NCBI RefSeq assembly: GCF_964204865.1
Contig: NC_135255.1
Location: 15,004,001-15,068,000, forward strand
Length of the DNA: 64,000 nucleotides
From: Styela clava
Taxonomy: Eukaryota
Direction: 5' to 3'
Shown here: positions 11,854-25,869 of the stretch, in pieces
Layout: every line of letters starts with the position of its first letter
Position numbering within the stretch: position 1 is the first letter of the stretch
The notes under the pieces: model-generated
The model's database searches: none
What the model was told of the DNA's origin: nothing
Seen by the model: only the letters and a program-made list of their open reading frames with translations
Made by a program: the position numbers and the translations under genes

Positions 11854-14514
11854 CCCTACAAAACTCTAGGTAACACGGGTGCCATCGTGTTCTGAAACTT
11901 GAACTACACACGCACTTGTACTCGATTGTGGAAAGTAACTCCTACAATGCAATGGGCTGTACACCTGGTATTTCATATTCAAAGATTAAGACACTCGGTG
12001 GCGTACTGATTCCGGAGGCGTGGTCTTTTTACCACGTGTATGAAAGAATGTCCCGTTGGGTGAAGAAGTTTGGAGCAATTATTTAAAAAATCAAAGTAAG
12101 ATATAATTTTGAAAATTACCGTATTTTAATTTAGAAATATTTTATTTTAGTTTGGTACCTTTTATGAAATGTAAATGCATGCACTAAATTTCTCCTGACG
12201 CTGATAAAATTTGTGGTGACACGGGTGTCACTGCGGGTACTTGATCATATTCATTTTCATGAAAAGTTTTGCTCTTACTGAGTCTTTTTTAGGATTTTAT
12301 GGCCGTAATTTTAGGAATTTATCCAGCTAGTAGAGCTTGCAGGATTTGAGAGCATCAATAAGTAACGGGAAGCAATTTCAAAAATTTCAGATAATGGCAT
12401 TGAGGTAGGTTGGCTGTAGAAAGGGACTTAGTGTTAAAGATGTACTCACTATTTTGGATTGTGACGAGAGCGATAATGACGATGGGAGTAATAGTGATTC
12501 AGATAAGGATTACGCGGGAAGTAGAGATGAGTTGGCAGGAGGATCAGAAGTAGAAATTCAGATAATAAGTTTGTCAATAATGAGACTGATGTAACGAGCA
12601 CAGCGACTGCATATATATCAAAGTTGACTGGGAGGTCAAAAAGCAAAAATGAAATATTTTTGAAGTAGTTCAATGAAATTTTACCATCTTCAAACTGACT
12701 ATTTAGCAGTATCAAAATGAATCAAGAATTTAGTAATTTTATTGTAGGGAGTACATTTTAAATGTTACATAAGCTTCTTCATTCTATTATTCAGACGGAT
12801 ACCTTGGAATCGGAATTATCTGACAAAAAAAAAGAAGCTCCATCGAAAAATACAAAGTCCATTTATCTGGCAAAAACAAGAATTTACAAAACTAGATATT
12901 TCCTTTACTGGGAAAAGTATTTGTACTCCGGAGAATTCAGAAATAGAGACCCCGTTGAATTATTTGCGAAAATTGTTCACTGCCGAAATGTTCGAATTGT
13001 TGGCTGAGCAAACCAATTTATACTCTGTCCAAGAAGATGTCAAGTCTATCGGAACAACAAATAAAGAACTTGAGCAAATGATCGGGATGTTTTTTCACAT
13101 GGGTCTTGTGCAAACGCCAAATGTACCAATGTACTGGGAAAAATCAACATCATATGCACCTGTTTGCACCGTGATGAGCAGGAATAGGTTTCAACAGCTG
13201 ATCACAAACATTCACATGATCGACAATTATTCGGTGACTGACGAAAATAAAAAGAATGACAAACTGTGGAAAAAAAGGCCCTGGTTAACCAAGATGAGAG
13301 AAGCTTGTTTGAAAATCGTACCCGAAGAATACAATTTTGTAGATGAAATGATGTGTCAATATAAAGGGCGAACAAGCCCTATCAGACAATATATAAAAAG
13401 TAAGCCTCATCCTTTGGGGTTCAAAATATGGGGAAGAGCAGGGATCATTGGCCTTCTTTATGATTTTTCTGTGTACCAGGGTGGCGATGGCAAACGAAGT
13501 GAACTTGGTCAGGGTGCGGACGTGGTTTTGAAATTGACAGAAACTTTACCTAATAATTGTAATTATAAGATCTTTGGTGACAATCTTTTTACGAGCGTTT
13601 TTGATAGAAATACTGATGGAAGCTGGAAAACATTACGTCGGTACGGTGCGCCAAAACCGAATTGGAAACACAAAGATGGCCGATGAGAAGGACTTTAAGA
13701 AAAAAGGAAGAGGATGATTATAGTGTTGAAGATCTCCGTAAAATATGGCAGTGACTCTTTTATCATCGCATATTGGGGTGGAACCCGCCGGCACCATCAA
13801 AAGATGGCACGAGAAAGAAGAAAAATACTTAGATGTACCAATTCCTGCAATTATTAAGGAATATAATGCATTTATGAGACTAATAGACAAATTAGATTCC
13901 TTTTTAGCCAAATACAGATTTAGGATAATGTCCAGAAGATGGTATATATATTTATTTTGGCATTTGGTAATGGTCGGCTTGGTAAATGCCTGGAAACTTT
14001 ACCGCCGAGACTTCGTACAAATGGGCATGCCTCGGAAATCAATGATGAAAAGGAGGCATTTCCAAGGTGCTGTTGCAAGCGCACTTGTCCAGATAAAAGC
14101 CGCAAAAAGCAGTGAAAGACCGTCGGGGTGCGAATTCGTGTACACTCGGCCATCTAAAATTGCAGCATGTACACCAGTTGACGATGTTCGTCAAGATGAT
14201 TATGCGCATTGTCCCGTATCTGTGGAAAAACGTGGGAAATGCAAACACTTCAAACCAATACACAGTGCTGCAAATCCATGAATAGGCTTTGTCTCGTCAA
14301 AGAAAGAAACTATTTTGTGTCATTTCATACAACTTAAATGAGGTATATTTGCACACCCAAGCCCTCAGTGACATATGGCATTTTTTATCAGAGGAGGAAA
14401 GAATTCTGAAAATTTTTTTTTGTTTGTTTCAATTAAAAATGTTCAATAAAAGAAAGTAAAATCTTGAATATAAAAATTTTAGCCAAACTCGTTCGCGTGT
14501 TGGGTTTTGCAAGG
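11854..14514 (+). mobile_element. Decayed piggyBac DNA transposon (PGBD3-like transposase)
   Basis: Left end TTAA|CCCTACAAAACTC (11850-11866). Degenerate right end GGGTTTTGCAAGG|TTTT (14502-14514). Subterminal GGTRACACGGGTG repeats at ~11869 and ~12216. Internal transposase remnant. Confidence 0.8.
12955..14337 (+). pseudogene. piggyBac transposase (DDE_Tnp_1_7-type), frameshifted
   Basis: Motifs MSRNRF, VDEMM, RQYIKSKPHPLGFKIW, FGDNLFTS, YNAFMRLIDKLD, RRWY and a Cys-rich tail (QCCK...LCLVKERNYFVSFH). Frameshifts near 13600 and 14250, in-frame stop near 13716. Confidence 0.9.
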
Positions 14515-14844
14515 TTTTTCGTTTCCTTTCCAACATATCTGGCTTTTAATCCCCAATATGAGATATCCCAAAAAAATTCAAACATACGAGGAAAATCAAT
14601 TCCCGTCACGAATAATTCCCAGGTATGAACATCTATTTCGAACATCGCCAAATCGAGTTCTCAGCAGATATTTCTTACTCTTTGAAGATTTCGTTTTTTC
14701 TTTTACTTAACTTTATAATGTATCTCGCTTCTAGTTTCCGATTTGAATTTTTGCCTTTTTGTTATGAAATACCATTTTTCCAACACGGAGTCGAAGTCGA
14801 TTGTAAAATAAACATGAATTCAAGATTGGAAATAGGAAAAATAT

Positions 14845-14973
14845 TATTAATTATTCCCAAAATTTTTAAACATATTATTCTCAATACCGTAAGAAAAGTC
14901 CGTTTCTAACAATTTCCCTGGGCACCGGGAGATCTGCTCTTTGCAATTCGCGAATTCGAAATCCCTGGTTCAT
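14845..14973 (-). pseudogene. Degenerate NAT8-like exon 1 remnant
   Basis: MNQGFRIRELQRADLPVPREIVRNGL followed by a deletion/frameshift to TGA. No matching downstream exons found on this strand. Confidence 0.75.
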
Positions 14974-15818
14974 AGAAGAATGAGGTAATCATGAAGTTGG
15001 CCAGCTAGGGAGTATTTTATATCGATCCCACTGTAACAAATTTTGTGATCCAGTGCGATTAAATTGTTAGTTACATCCTTATGCGTTTGCAATATTTGCT
15101 GCAATTGCGAACATGATGTATGAACTATTTATTTTATCGAAACAGTGCGGTGAGATTTCAGTTATTTTTAATTATTACAATCATCAAAAAAATAACATGA
15201 CGATCAACAAAATACCAAACGATTTATAGGTCCATTTCATGCCGAGAAACATTCATATTGTTCAATAGCAGAGGGAAAGGATCAGTAATTATTAGGCATA
15301 CGCTAGTCGTATTGTACATAGTATTGTACCAGTGTCTGTGTAGTGTCACTACATTAGCATTCCATGACTAAAAGTAAAATATGTAATTTGTTGCATTCCA
15401 TATTGGCGGTAATATGCTAACTTGGCCACATTTGCCTTAAGACTTTTCATAAAGTTTTTTCCCTAGGTCCAGCAATTTACCAATCCCCATATTATATTAT
15501 TCCACCACATTTATCTACAATATTCTAGCAATCGCATTCCCTGTGTCTACCTGGTAATGGTTTCTGAAAATACTTTATTTTGGTATTTTATATCATAGGG
15601 AGCTCGCTGATGTCTAAGTTTTGGAAATCTGAATACGAGAAAAGCTTATAATCATTACTCAAGAGTGAAGAATAATACCATAATAACGTGTCACTACGCA
15701 GTCAAAAACGATCAATACTGATATAAATGAACTAAATAAAATATCGAAATTCAACTTCACCTTCACACGATTTCATATTTGGTTGAAATCAACGATAATA
15801 ACAACTATTTTTTTCGAG

Positions 15819-15994
15819 TCATTTTGCAATTCATCAACTCAATCGAACATCAGATAAACGATCTTAAAGATTTTGATGAAATCGTAAACCGATACGTAAG
15901 ATTTTGGGTGATGGAATTCCAAAAAAATTGTGATACAGTCATAGTTGGAACAGTTGCTTTGAAAACTCTAGAAAACTATAATAATCGCCAACCA
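15819..15994 (+). pseudogene. Inverted, 3'-truncated NAT8-like exon 3
   Basis: ILQFINSIEHQINDLKDFDEIVNRYVRFWVMEFQKNCDTVIVGTVALKTLENYNNRQP on the + strand, preceded by inverted intron-2 homology from ~15720. Every other NAT exon in the window is on the minus strand. Confidence 0.85.
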
Positions 15995-15997
15995 CGA

Positions 15998-16525
15998 TCG
16001 ATCTTGAAAGTTCTGCGGACAATGTTTCAATATTGCAACATTCCGAAAAGCAAGCCAAGGCGTTTTCGTACCACACAATGCTGAAGACTAGAAAAATTTG
16101 TTAAATCACAATATCAATTTACAGTTTCGCGGACGACCGGCAAAATTCGTTCATCAAATATGAAAAGTGCCATCAATTATGAAAAATGTATTTTTGCCAA
16201 AAACTGGAAGCATTCTCTGTAAGTGCACAACACTATAGTATGGTGAAAATGCAATTAAGCATGTAAATGTACCAAATGAGGGAATGAAAACTCACGAGTA
16301 TTTTGCGAATTTCTTGACGCCAGTCCAATCTTCGAGATTCACTCTTAGTTCATAAAACCCGGATGAAGTTATTTGATGTAGCAATTCAAGGCCTGAATCA
16401 AAAAAAGACAGTCTTTGGTAGACTTTTTGTATAAAAAGTGCCAAAAACGCTGTATCGGAGAACTTTGTAATGTTGTTTTTTACAATGCGTGACAGAATGG
16501 CTTGCGCTGAAGCATGCAATTTCAC
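15998..16525 (-). pseudogene. FReD gene fragment (97-nt exon 16296-16392, intron, first bases of the terminal exon)
   Basis: Encodes GLELLHQITSSGFYELRVNLEDWTGVKKFAKY. Reverse complement aligns to 28900-29128 joined directly to 36584-36796, i.e. without the retrotransposon. Confidence 0.85.
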
Positions 16526-17001
16526 TGATGAAAGATTAGAACAGTAGCTCCCAAAGTGGGTTCCGCGGACCTTTTAATTTGCAAATTAATTTGATCTCGA
16601 AAAAAAAATTATGAAAATATCGTTGATAGATAGTTTTCAACCAAATATAAAATTGCCTGAAAGGTGAATTTGAATTTCGACTGGTTTAGTATTGAGCATT
16701 TTTGACTCCAACAACAACAATTAAGATTTTCAGTCATAAAATCGTCTTATAACTAAAAAGCATAATTAGGTATCTAGTAACTGTCATGGTCGGTTAATTG
16801 GGTTCTATATTACACGGCTGTAAACGTATGGGTTGTCCAATGCTGTTTACATGGTGGATGCTCAGATAGGTAATTTGCTTTCTGTTTCAGTATTTGCTAC
16901 ACGTCGGAACCAATGATTTGTTTTTCGTTCCCGAGTTCACCTTTTAGCTATTATTTTTAGCTAGTATTTAAATAATATTTAATCAAAATGTTTTCACTTA
17001 C

Positions 17002-17934
17002 TGGCTACAATCAGAAATAGCATCTGAGTCACCAATAAAATGATTATATTTCCGTCAAACGTTGCCGCGAACATTGTCGTAATCATAGTCATGATGCCTC
17101 TGCTTCAGCTACTATTTACTGGGGTGTCTCCACCGGAAAAATACATCATAATACATTTGTACTGTTATCTGGTGACGCTTGCATTCCTGATGCTTTCGCT
17201 CCTTGTTACTTATCGATCTTAAGATCGGTAAGTATGTTGATAGGTATTTGTCTGTCTGTCTGTTTGTTTGTCTGTTAGATGAACCCGATATCTCACGAAG
17301 GCGAGGTTGAATCTGCTCCAAATTTGCATGTGCATTCATCGTATCTCGGACTAGAAGCTTATTGATTTTGAATGAATCATGTCGTATAATTAGCGAGTCA
17401 TTAATTAATTAGTGATGGGACATGCGGAGTCACTATAGAGTCATGAATCGAAACCGCAGTTTCGATCGAAAAGTCATCGGTCTCCGACCGATATTCTCGT
17501 TTAATAATTGGGCGCTCCAGAAGTGTGTGTACCAATATGGAGATAACTAATTTGGTTTGCCTACTTTCCATCAAGTTGTGTAAAGGGACTGAAACCGATG
17601 GAATTCTATGTGTATATTCACTTTGCTAACGCAGACAGTCTCCGAACTCGTAATAGAACTAAAATAAGAAAAATCGGAATGAAATTATGGCCTAACCCTA
17701 ACCGGGCACACATACATACTACCAATAACTGTAACTTTGGTGATTAATAAATGATATAATAAGCTTCATTACGACCCATTAAATTGAAATTGGTATTACC
17801 TGAACTTAACAATTTCTCCAGCATCTTATTTTCACTTTTATATAAGAATGTCCGTATAGTCCGTTTCTAACAATTTTCCTTACTATGGGGAGATCTTCTC
17901 TTTGCAATCCGCGAATTCGCAATCCTTGATTCAT
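17002..17934 (-). pseudogene. NAT8-like GNAT pseudogene (exons 1-2 only), duplicate of 1797-2695
   Basis: Exon 1 17800-17934 has a TAA at 17806-17808 (AAA in copy A). Exon 2 17002-17098 has the same defective acceptor. Exon 3 is lost just after its acceptor (~16597). Confidence 0.8.
17203..17502 (+). mobile_element. Helentron-associated (DINE-1/HINE-like) element, full length
   Basis: 5' ACTTATCGATC and 3' GATCGA(T/A)AAGT subterminal inverted repeats, GTCT microsatellite, 3' hairpin TCGGTC-TCC-GACCGA, T-rich ends. Confidence 0.7.
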
Positions 17935-19394
17935 AGTAGAACGACCTAGCGTTTCATATAATCGGGGAATGCTTTCTAATCGTGGTATTTGCCGAACGTC
18001 TTTACATTAAACGTGAGCCGCAATCTGCGTTGCGTCACGTTATTATCGTATTATTTGTGAGATTAATTATTATAAGCTTCTTCATAATTGTCTCTTGTTA
18101 CTGAGAGTTCAACATGCTTTCGTTAGTCTTGTTTTCACTGGCGTATGCATGTAATTGAGAGTGTGAAGCACTTTGGTGATTTGTTGTGCCTGAATACGCC
18201 GCATGACTTTTGCTGAGCATGGGACTGAGGATGAGACAAAATGCGCATGCTGCTACATGCTAGGATAATAATTCTCCTCCATATTAAAAGTCACGTTTTC
18301 TCTGTGCGCTAGTGATGACGTAATTAATAGAGAATTTGTCCCAGAGACTTCTATAAATCCTCAATTAATATACAGAATAAAACATTATGTTGTAATTTGA
18401 TATAATTTGCTACAAATCGCTTTTCACTCGATAATATGTTAATATTTACTGAAAGCTATTATCTTCATTTTTTCAATTTTTTTGCGACCAGTGAGGATTA
18501 TTCTAATTTGAATTTTATTAAATTGGAAGGAATTCAGCATCAAGTGAACATATATCGACATAGGGATTTGTACAAAAATAATTGTTTTAAAACAAGTGTT
18601 TCAAATCAAGTTTTTTTGCCTCTTTTGTTCAAAATGGCTGTACTATTTGATTTTTTTTAATAAATAGAAAAAGGTTGGAGAAAGCGTATGCGGACGTGCT
18701 ATAAAACATTTTCCCGAATAGGTTGCGTTATGGTTTTTACGATTTTTCAGCTCATTTCAGCCAATCCTTTCACCAGCAACATTTGAACTAGCACGAGATT
18801 TCGCCAGATTACTGGCGCGATCACCGATCGCAAGGGCGGGAAAAATAGAATATTTCAAGTCAAATAATTCGAATATTTTCAGTGAATTGTGTAATATTGA
18901 CTATTTTTAATTCATAAACAACATGCATTCATAACGCTAGACATTCTAATGTTGGTGAGCTACATTTCTGCCCGTCCTCTTTTTTTAGACGGCAACGGCG
19001 AACCTCAAATTTGGTTTAAATTGCTGGGAGAACTATGCATTCATATCGGCGAAATATGTTAAAGACGGCTACGAAGGAGTGAATTTGAGAGTCATTGCGT
19101 GAATCCTGAATGTTATTTTGAGTGCAAATAATGATTTAATAAATCTGCAATAAGGACAATTATACTAGTTAAATAATAATTCCTCGGTGAAGTTTGGGAA
19201 AAATTTCGCACAATAATTTGTTACCTTGTTTGACATTTCCAATTTTACGAAATGGCGTTAGTGCGTTTTATGCAAAACTAAGAATTGAAACAATGCGTAA
19301 ATACGACTCCTCAAATTTGTTTGTGCACACACAGGGAGGAGTAAATTTTAACAAGTTCCAATATTCCAAATAGTATCTTGCATAGTAGTCCTAA

Positions 19395-19721
19395 TGTCAC
19401 GGTACGGAGATGTTGCTACCGTGGTTGTAGATGAATCAGAAGACTCGAGGATTCCGGATTGGTTGTTTATTGTACGGCAACTCCAATATCAAACTTAAAA
19501 CAGCATAACAGATTACATCACTGAAGAACTAAAAACACGACCGACCGCCAGCGCGGCAGCCGGAGAAAAGAGATCGAAAGACAGTTTTGCCTCACATGTA
19601 GTGAGTGGTCGGAGTCAAAATCCGACAAAACAGCATTAAATAAGGATCAACATAACAGTCTATGAACATAAGAAAAATATATATACACACAATATAAACA
19701 CGGACACTCTAGTCCGCGACA
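19395..19721 (-). mobile_element. Solo LTR, duplicate of 4339-4662
   Basis: TG...CA ends with CTAA TSD (19391-19394, 19722-19725). Confidence 0.7.
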
Positions 19722-20011
19722 CTAATTCGAATATGCAATTTAACCTTAAGCAGCATCTATCTTTTTTTGTCCGTGAAATTACAAATGAATAAAATTACTA
19801 ATTTTTAGATAAAACATTTCAAATATATCATTAAAATTAAGAATTTTTCATGTAGAATTAAACCAGATTAGAATCTGGTAAATTAATTTCACTCGAGCTG
19901 TAAAAGATATCTAACTTTAGAGTGTACTGACGGTAAGTAGCGTACGAAAACCAACTTCCATTACTAGAGATTAGAGAAAATATGGAAATATAATCGCGCA
20001 TCACATTATTT

Positions 20012-21786
20012 TTACAATTTCTTTTCCATATAATGAATATTAATACCAAGAAGCACAAACATTAGGGGTTTGTTAATAATTCTCGTCGTAATAAATCCAT
20101 GAGTTAAATACATCGAAATAGCAGGCATTTGCATCTCAGTGCAAACCAGTATGATTCGATTGTAGCTCAATGCAGAAGCTTCATCTACGGCATGTGCAAG
20201 CAATTTTCTTCCGATTCCTTTTCCTCTGAAGTTTGATGATACAGACATTCTCTATAAAATGAAATTTACACAGATATAATTTGATACACTTAGATTTAAA
20301 AAACCTGTGATTGCACAAAACGAAGACAATCACTTTACGAACGGCGTTAGCGATTGTTCCGTCAAAAGAGAAGATTTTCGGCAATATTTTTGCAAAAACG
20401 ATTATTACATGGTATACAGTACACTAAACTGGCAATGTATATGCCTTAAAATGACTGGTAAATGTTTTATCCTTTTTGCAGGCCTTTTTGTTCCTGATTA
20501 CTGACCAACTAATAAAGTTAAATATATATCTCCAACCTGATTATGATTTTGTTTCGACCTTGTTTGAATTATCTAGCAACTTACTTTTAATTTGATAGTG
20601 GATATTGGTTGTCGATTAGTAACGTCTTCTTGAGTTTTCAAAGCAATTGTCCCGACTATTAACGTATCATAATTTTCTATAAATTCCATCACCCAAAATC
20701 TCGGGTATGTGTTTTTGATTTCATCAAAATCATTGAGATCATTTATCTGACTTTCGACTGTGTTGATAAATTACAAAATACCTTGATAGAAGTATATACA
20801 ATAATATTATTGTTAATTTTTTTCAACCAAGTTGAAATTGAATGAAAGGTGAATTTGAATTGCGACTGGTTTATTTACACCAGCCTTGGGCGTCTTTGAC
20901 TCCAACAACAACAATCAAATTATTATTCATAATTTTATTTTACCCAAAACACAGCTCCGTATTTAATAACAAGGACGCTAATGAGATGGAATTAAGAAGT
21001 CTTGCTTGTTCATTCTTGTTAAAAGTGAAAGTGCGGATGTTATTTGTGGTATTCGAATTTTCATTTTTACTGCCCATCTCAACTATCAATTTTATCCATT
21101 TTCAAAATTAACTTCTTAACGGTATCTTTTCTCACAAAGAGTTTAATAATAATAGATACCTCATCATTAACTTTAAAATTTGTTTTCACTTACTTGCAAT
21201 AAACACAAAGAGTAATTCAGTTATCGAAGAAATTATGATGTTTCCGTCAAATATTGCCGTAAACATAGTAGTAATCATAGTCATAATGACCTGAAGTTTT
21301 GAAATAAAAATAATTCACCAAGTAGAGAAATAAATTCGTTTAACTGGTATTGTAGATTTGAGACTTGAAACGCCGCCTCCGCCAATATTTGCTGTCGTCT
21401 CTACCACATCAGAACATCATTTAAATATAAAACATAGTATATGTTTGAAAAGATTTGGGGTTAGGGTAACTAGTAACGCTTTCATTGCCTATATATATTT
21501 CCGAATTCGTTTGGGAATTTGTAACTTCATTTAAAGGTATCGTGAATAAAATATTAAATGATGACTAATAATCTAAATCTCCAAATCTCAACAATCATTC
21601 AATTGGTAATGGTGCTTGGCGATTAAATAAAATAAGAAACTATATTACCAGAACATTCCGATTTTTCCAGAATAGTATTTTCAACCCCGCGTAAAAACGT
21701 CCATACAATCCATTTCTCACAATTTTTCTGACTATAGGAAGATCTTCTATTTGTAATTCGCGAATCCGAAATAATCTTTTGTTCAT
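20012..21786 (-). pseudogene. NAT8-like GNAT, full exon set but with a premature stop
   Basis: Exons 21649-21786, 21194-21290, 20585-20781 and 20012-20251. CAA>TAA at 20771-20773 early in exon 3, where copy A has CAA. Motif FRGKGIG is intact. Confidence 0.8.
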
Positions 21787-23701
21787 AATGGGATGAGCTG
21801 GCATTTCACACAGTTGACCAAATCGAGATTACATTTTAAAAATCACAATGTACAAACTTTAGGTTTTAATGTGATTAATAAAATCGCTCTGCGTCACTTC
21901 CTCGTGTGTTTGTTCATAATAGGCTGCAATTGCAATCTTCATTTATTTTATCTAAACTATGCATTGAGTGATTCAGTTATCATTTATACTACAATCAATA
22001 ACATTCATATTGTTGAAATAAATGTAGAAAATTAACAGGACGTAAATTCATTTAAAATTAAATCGTAATTATAATGATCTATTCATTTACCGCGTGACGA
22101 TGCTACTTTCGCATCATTATTTTGTTCGATATTGTTTAACTGCTAACTCGTCATTCCTTGTTTGTTCCGCTTACTAAATAATCTGTCCACTGTAATTTAA
22201 AACAACGTTACTCACTGTTCGTTTTTTTCTATATAAACTATATAAATATTTTTTCTTAGCATTGTTATAAACTGATTGCCTGAAAAATCATGACTTTGGT
22301 TGATTAGACGAAACGTAACAGAATAAAAGCCTTTGAAACGCCAATATAGCCATTTTGATTTTCGCTACAGTATCCTTGAAGTGAATGCGGATCCAGGGCT
22401 AAATGTTTTTTTCAAGATCTAGATGTAAAATTTGGAGCCTAGATGTTAGCTATGAAATCTAGATTTTATTTTTTCAAGGTTCTAAATATTATTCAGTGGG
22501 AAATAAATAAAAAGATGTGTATAATACTGTGATATGTGAATGGATATTATTTCATTATTTAGAAATATCGATGTAAGATTGATAAAACTCATTTATATTG
22601 TATTCGTGAACCGGTACTATATGTATTTAAAATATTTAAATAACGAATTGAACATGTTTAAAACATGTGACGTTTTAATTAACGTTAAATAGAAAGGGCA
22701 ACGATGAGTCAGTGCTTATGTTGCCAAGGGTGACTTGTGTTGTTCAAGTTGCTTACTCCAAGATTTTAAAATTATAAAGGTATTTAAGTCTATAAGTGTC
22801 ATTAAATTTGTCTCTCTTTAAACAACAACCTATCAAAATGCCACATGTATGCACTACCAGCAAAAATTTAGAAAAAACTTAGATTGACTTATGGAATCAG
22901 CCTTTAAGGAATGGATTGCCCCTTCGGATGATAAGAACAAAGCCTTTTGTAAGTTCTGCAGGCGGGAATTGAATTCTAGCTTCTTCGACATCTAATATTA
23001 CGGTATTATGTAATATAATAAACATTGTATGGCAGCCCTGTACGGATCCGCTGACACGAGGTAAAGCGGGAGGAACAATAGTTCGACACACGCTAGCTAC
23101 TTCAATTAACGATAAATCGTGTTAGACTTGGTATTTGCTGAACATCTATATCTTGAAAGTCTACCAGAATTTGCGTTGTGATACTACAACAGCTTACCGT
23201 TGTCAGCATATCATATTTGGAGATATTAACATATATCTTGTTATCAAGAAGCTATTTGGATTTAAGCCTAGATTTATGTCATTAAGGGTGATGAATTTAC
23301 GACAAGCACGTTTGCGTTTTATCATATTCGATTACAAAATCTGGATTTTAGTGATAACAAGACTGAAGTAGTGCTTCGAAAAAAATAAATTGTAATATTA
23401 TGAAATGTGCATGCTACAACACCAAACGGGAATTATCGTAGATTCAGTGGAACAACCAGAAGTCTCCTTGGGAGCACAAAGACCAAACGAAGTGGAGACG
23501 ATAGAGAGGAGCTCAGCAATTCTATCGCACGTGCAGATAAGCGAATTTACACTTTTCACCATTTGGTAGTCGATTATGAACGCTTAGTACAGTATTACTG
23601 TTTCATACATATTGTTTAGAATGTTTTACATTTTTTAAGATATTGACGAAAAGATATTGTCACACCTCTACGTAACAGAGGAACTTGAGATTTTCAATGT
23701 A

Positions 23702-25412
23702 TCAACTTTCATGTAGATCCTTTTCCATGTACAATAAACGTATCCCGGACAGAACGGAAAACAAAGTTTCATCGATGATCTTAAATGTTTCGAATCCATA
23801 TCTTTTGTACAATGTAATAGCTGGCGGTTGCATGTCTGCGCAGTAAAGCACCATACGCTGAAATCCCATTTCTGTAGCTTGCTGTAGAGCATGCTCGAGC
23901 ATCTTGGAACCAATTTTCATTCTTCGTAGATTAGGCGTGACAGATAATCTCTGCTGAAAATAAATGATATAACGGATGCGATGATTAGAAATTACATGAT
24001 CATGGGTATATATGTGAATATATCAAAATTTATGAGCTCTGACAAAGGTTCATCGTGACCAGGAAATTAAAACATATATGAAACTATTAAATATTAGAAT
24101 CTCTTTTCACATTTATTTTTTTTTTAAAAATATTTTCACAAAACAAGATTACGCATACATACTCTATCAATAGTATCAACTCATATTCAAGCAAAGTAAT
24201 ATGAGGAAATGGAAGTGTAAAGTTTCACAGACACTATACTTGACTATGTGCCGTTTGTTGAACACAGACACACAACAAAAATTCGAATATTCATTAGCGT
24301 AATGAAGCTAATTACTCAAATCAACATATTTTTTCAATAATACGACTGGAAAATAATTGTCATCAACTTCGAATCAGCAAATTGCATTGTAATGTTATGA
24401 GCAAAAACTTACCTTTAATTCCACTGTTTGCGTTGAATCATGATCTTTGTCGCAAGTTGTCGTAAGCGCAACTGATGCAACAATCTGTTTTTGGTTATTT
24501 ATGATAACATCCAATATCCAGAATTTAATGTATTTTTTCGAAGCTACTCCAATATGTCTCAAGTCCTTCAGTTCGTTTTCAATACCAATGTAGAATTTTA
24601 AAAGGCCTGAATAGATGAATAGTTAGGTATATAGTTCATTATATTATTATATTATTCATATTTTCTTACATCCCAACGCCAGCGACGACTCTTGAGCGAA
24701 AATGATAAAAACAAACGTACAGATGTCTCCATCAAGCAAAATCATTAGCACTGTGGTGACAGCGAGGAGAATGATCTGAAACATAGTATTTTCAAAGTTG
24801 ATATTTACTGTCTGCCTGAAACAATTCTTTGGCACGAGAGCGTAAAAATAGCATACCTTCCTAATTTGTAGCCCAACCAATTTTAATTTTTCAGTAGGCC
24901 TACTCAAATAATCGAAGTTGTGGCATAATGCATTTCCTCTGAGAAGTACGATATCCGATATTCAATCTCAATTAGGCTGTTTCATTTTAATTCACGAGTA
25001 TTTTGTTTTATGACGTCAAGCGTGACTTCTACGTCACAAATGCACTCTGTGAATCGCACAGCGCAATGCGTTGAGAAATCCAAAAATATAAGACTGCTGG
25101 GCCACTTAGGCACTTAATGCAAATTTGCAGTGCTGCAATCGAATGATTTTGCAATCCTTGCTATTTTACACAGACATGTTGCGCACAAAAAGTATATTTA
25201 AAAAATTAAAACGTTCAATTGAAATATAATGTAATATGTGGTTCGACTTTTCATACCTGGGCCTTTATGTTCTGTCTAAAACAATCTTTTAAATTTTGTC
25301 GCCATAGTCCGTACATGTTGTCGCTGATCATTTTTATTGTTTCGTCAAAATCCTTCCTCTCTATCAAACGGATTCGTTTTTCAAGTTGTGTTTTCGAATA
25401 ATTCGTGCACAT
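23702..25412 (-). CDS. NAT8/camello-like GNAT N-acetyltransferase, ~234 aa, apparently intact (duplicate of 7741-9430)
   Basis: Exons 25257-25412, 24670-24775, 24413-24606 and 23702-23950. GT-AG, phases 0/1/0, open frame. Confidence 0.85.
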
Positions 25413-25869
25413 CTCTAGCTTCTGATATGACAATCAAAAAAATCTTTGTTCATGAAGATATCAGCAATTCAGAAAGAATTACAAGCTAAATATGAACTTC
25501 AACTGTTGCTCTCACAACTTAAACTTAATAAAGGCAGTGTAAACAAAAACTAACAGTGCAATATTTGCTTTGTGCTTGTTTTCTATTTGTTCCGAATAGT
25601 AACCCTTGTTTGAAAGCCTGTTTAAATCCCATATTCATTTCGGACACTATTGCTTTACCATAAAAGTTGCATATATAAAAGTATATAATTGATTTATCAC
25701 GTAGATTTTTCCCGGATAAGTTCAATCTGTTATCAGCGGGAAAGTGTACGGTGCCTGTACATCTGTGCTTATAATTTTTTTAATTCAATAATATAGCACA
25801 GAGTCCTGCATCTGTTTGTGGCGGCATGGATTGTTTCCATCTATAGATCGTTGTATATACATCTGTTAA

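Larger units (their letters stand above)
16126..25430. repeat. Segmental duplication, copy B
   Basis: Colinear with ~880-9450. Retains 21714-22535, which is deleted in copy A. Confidence 0.9.
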
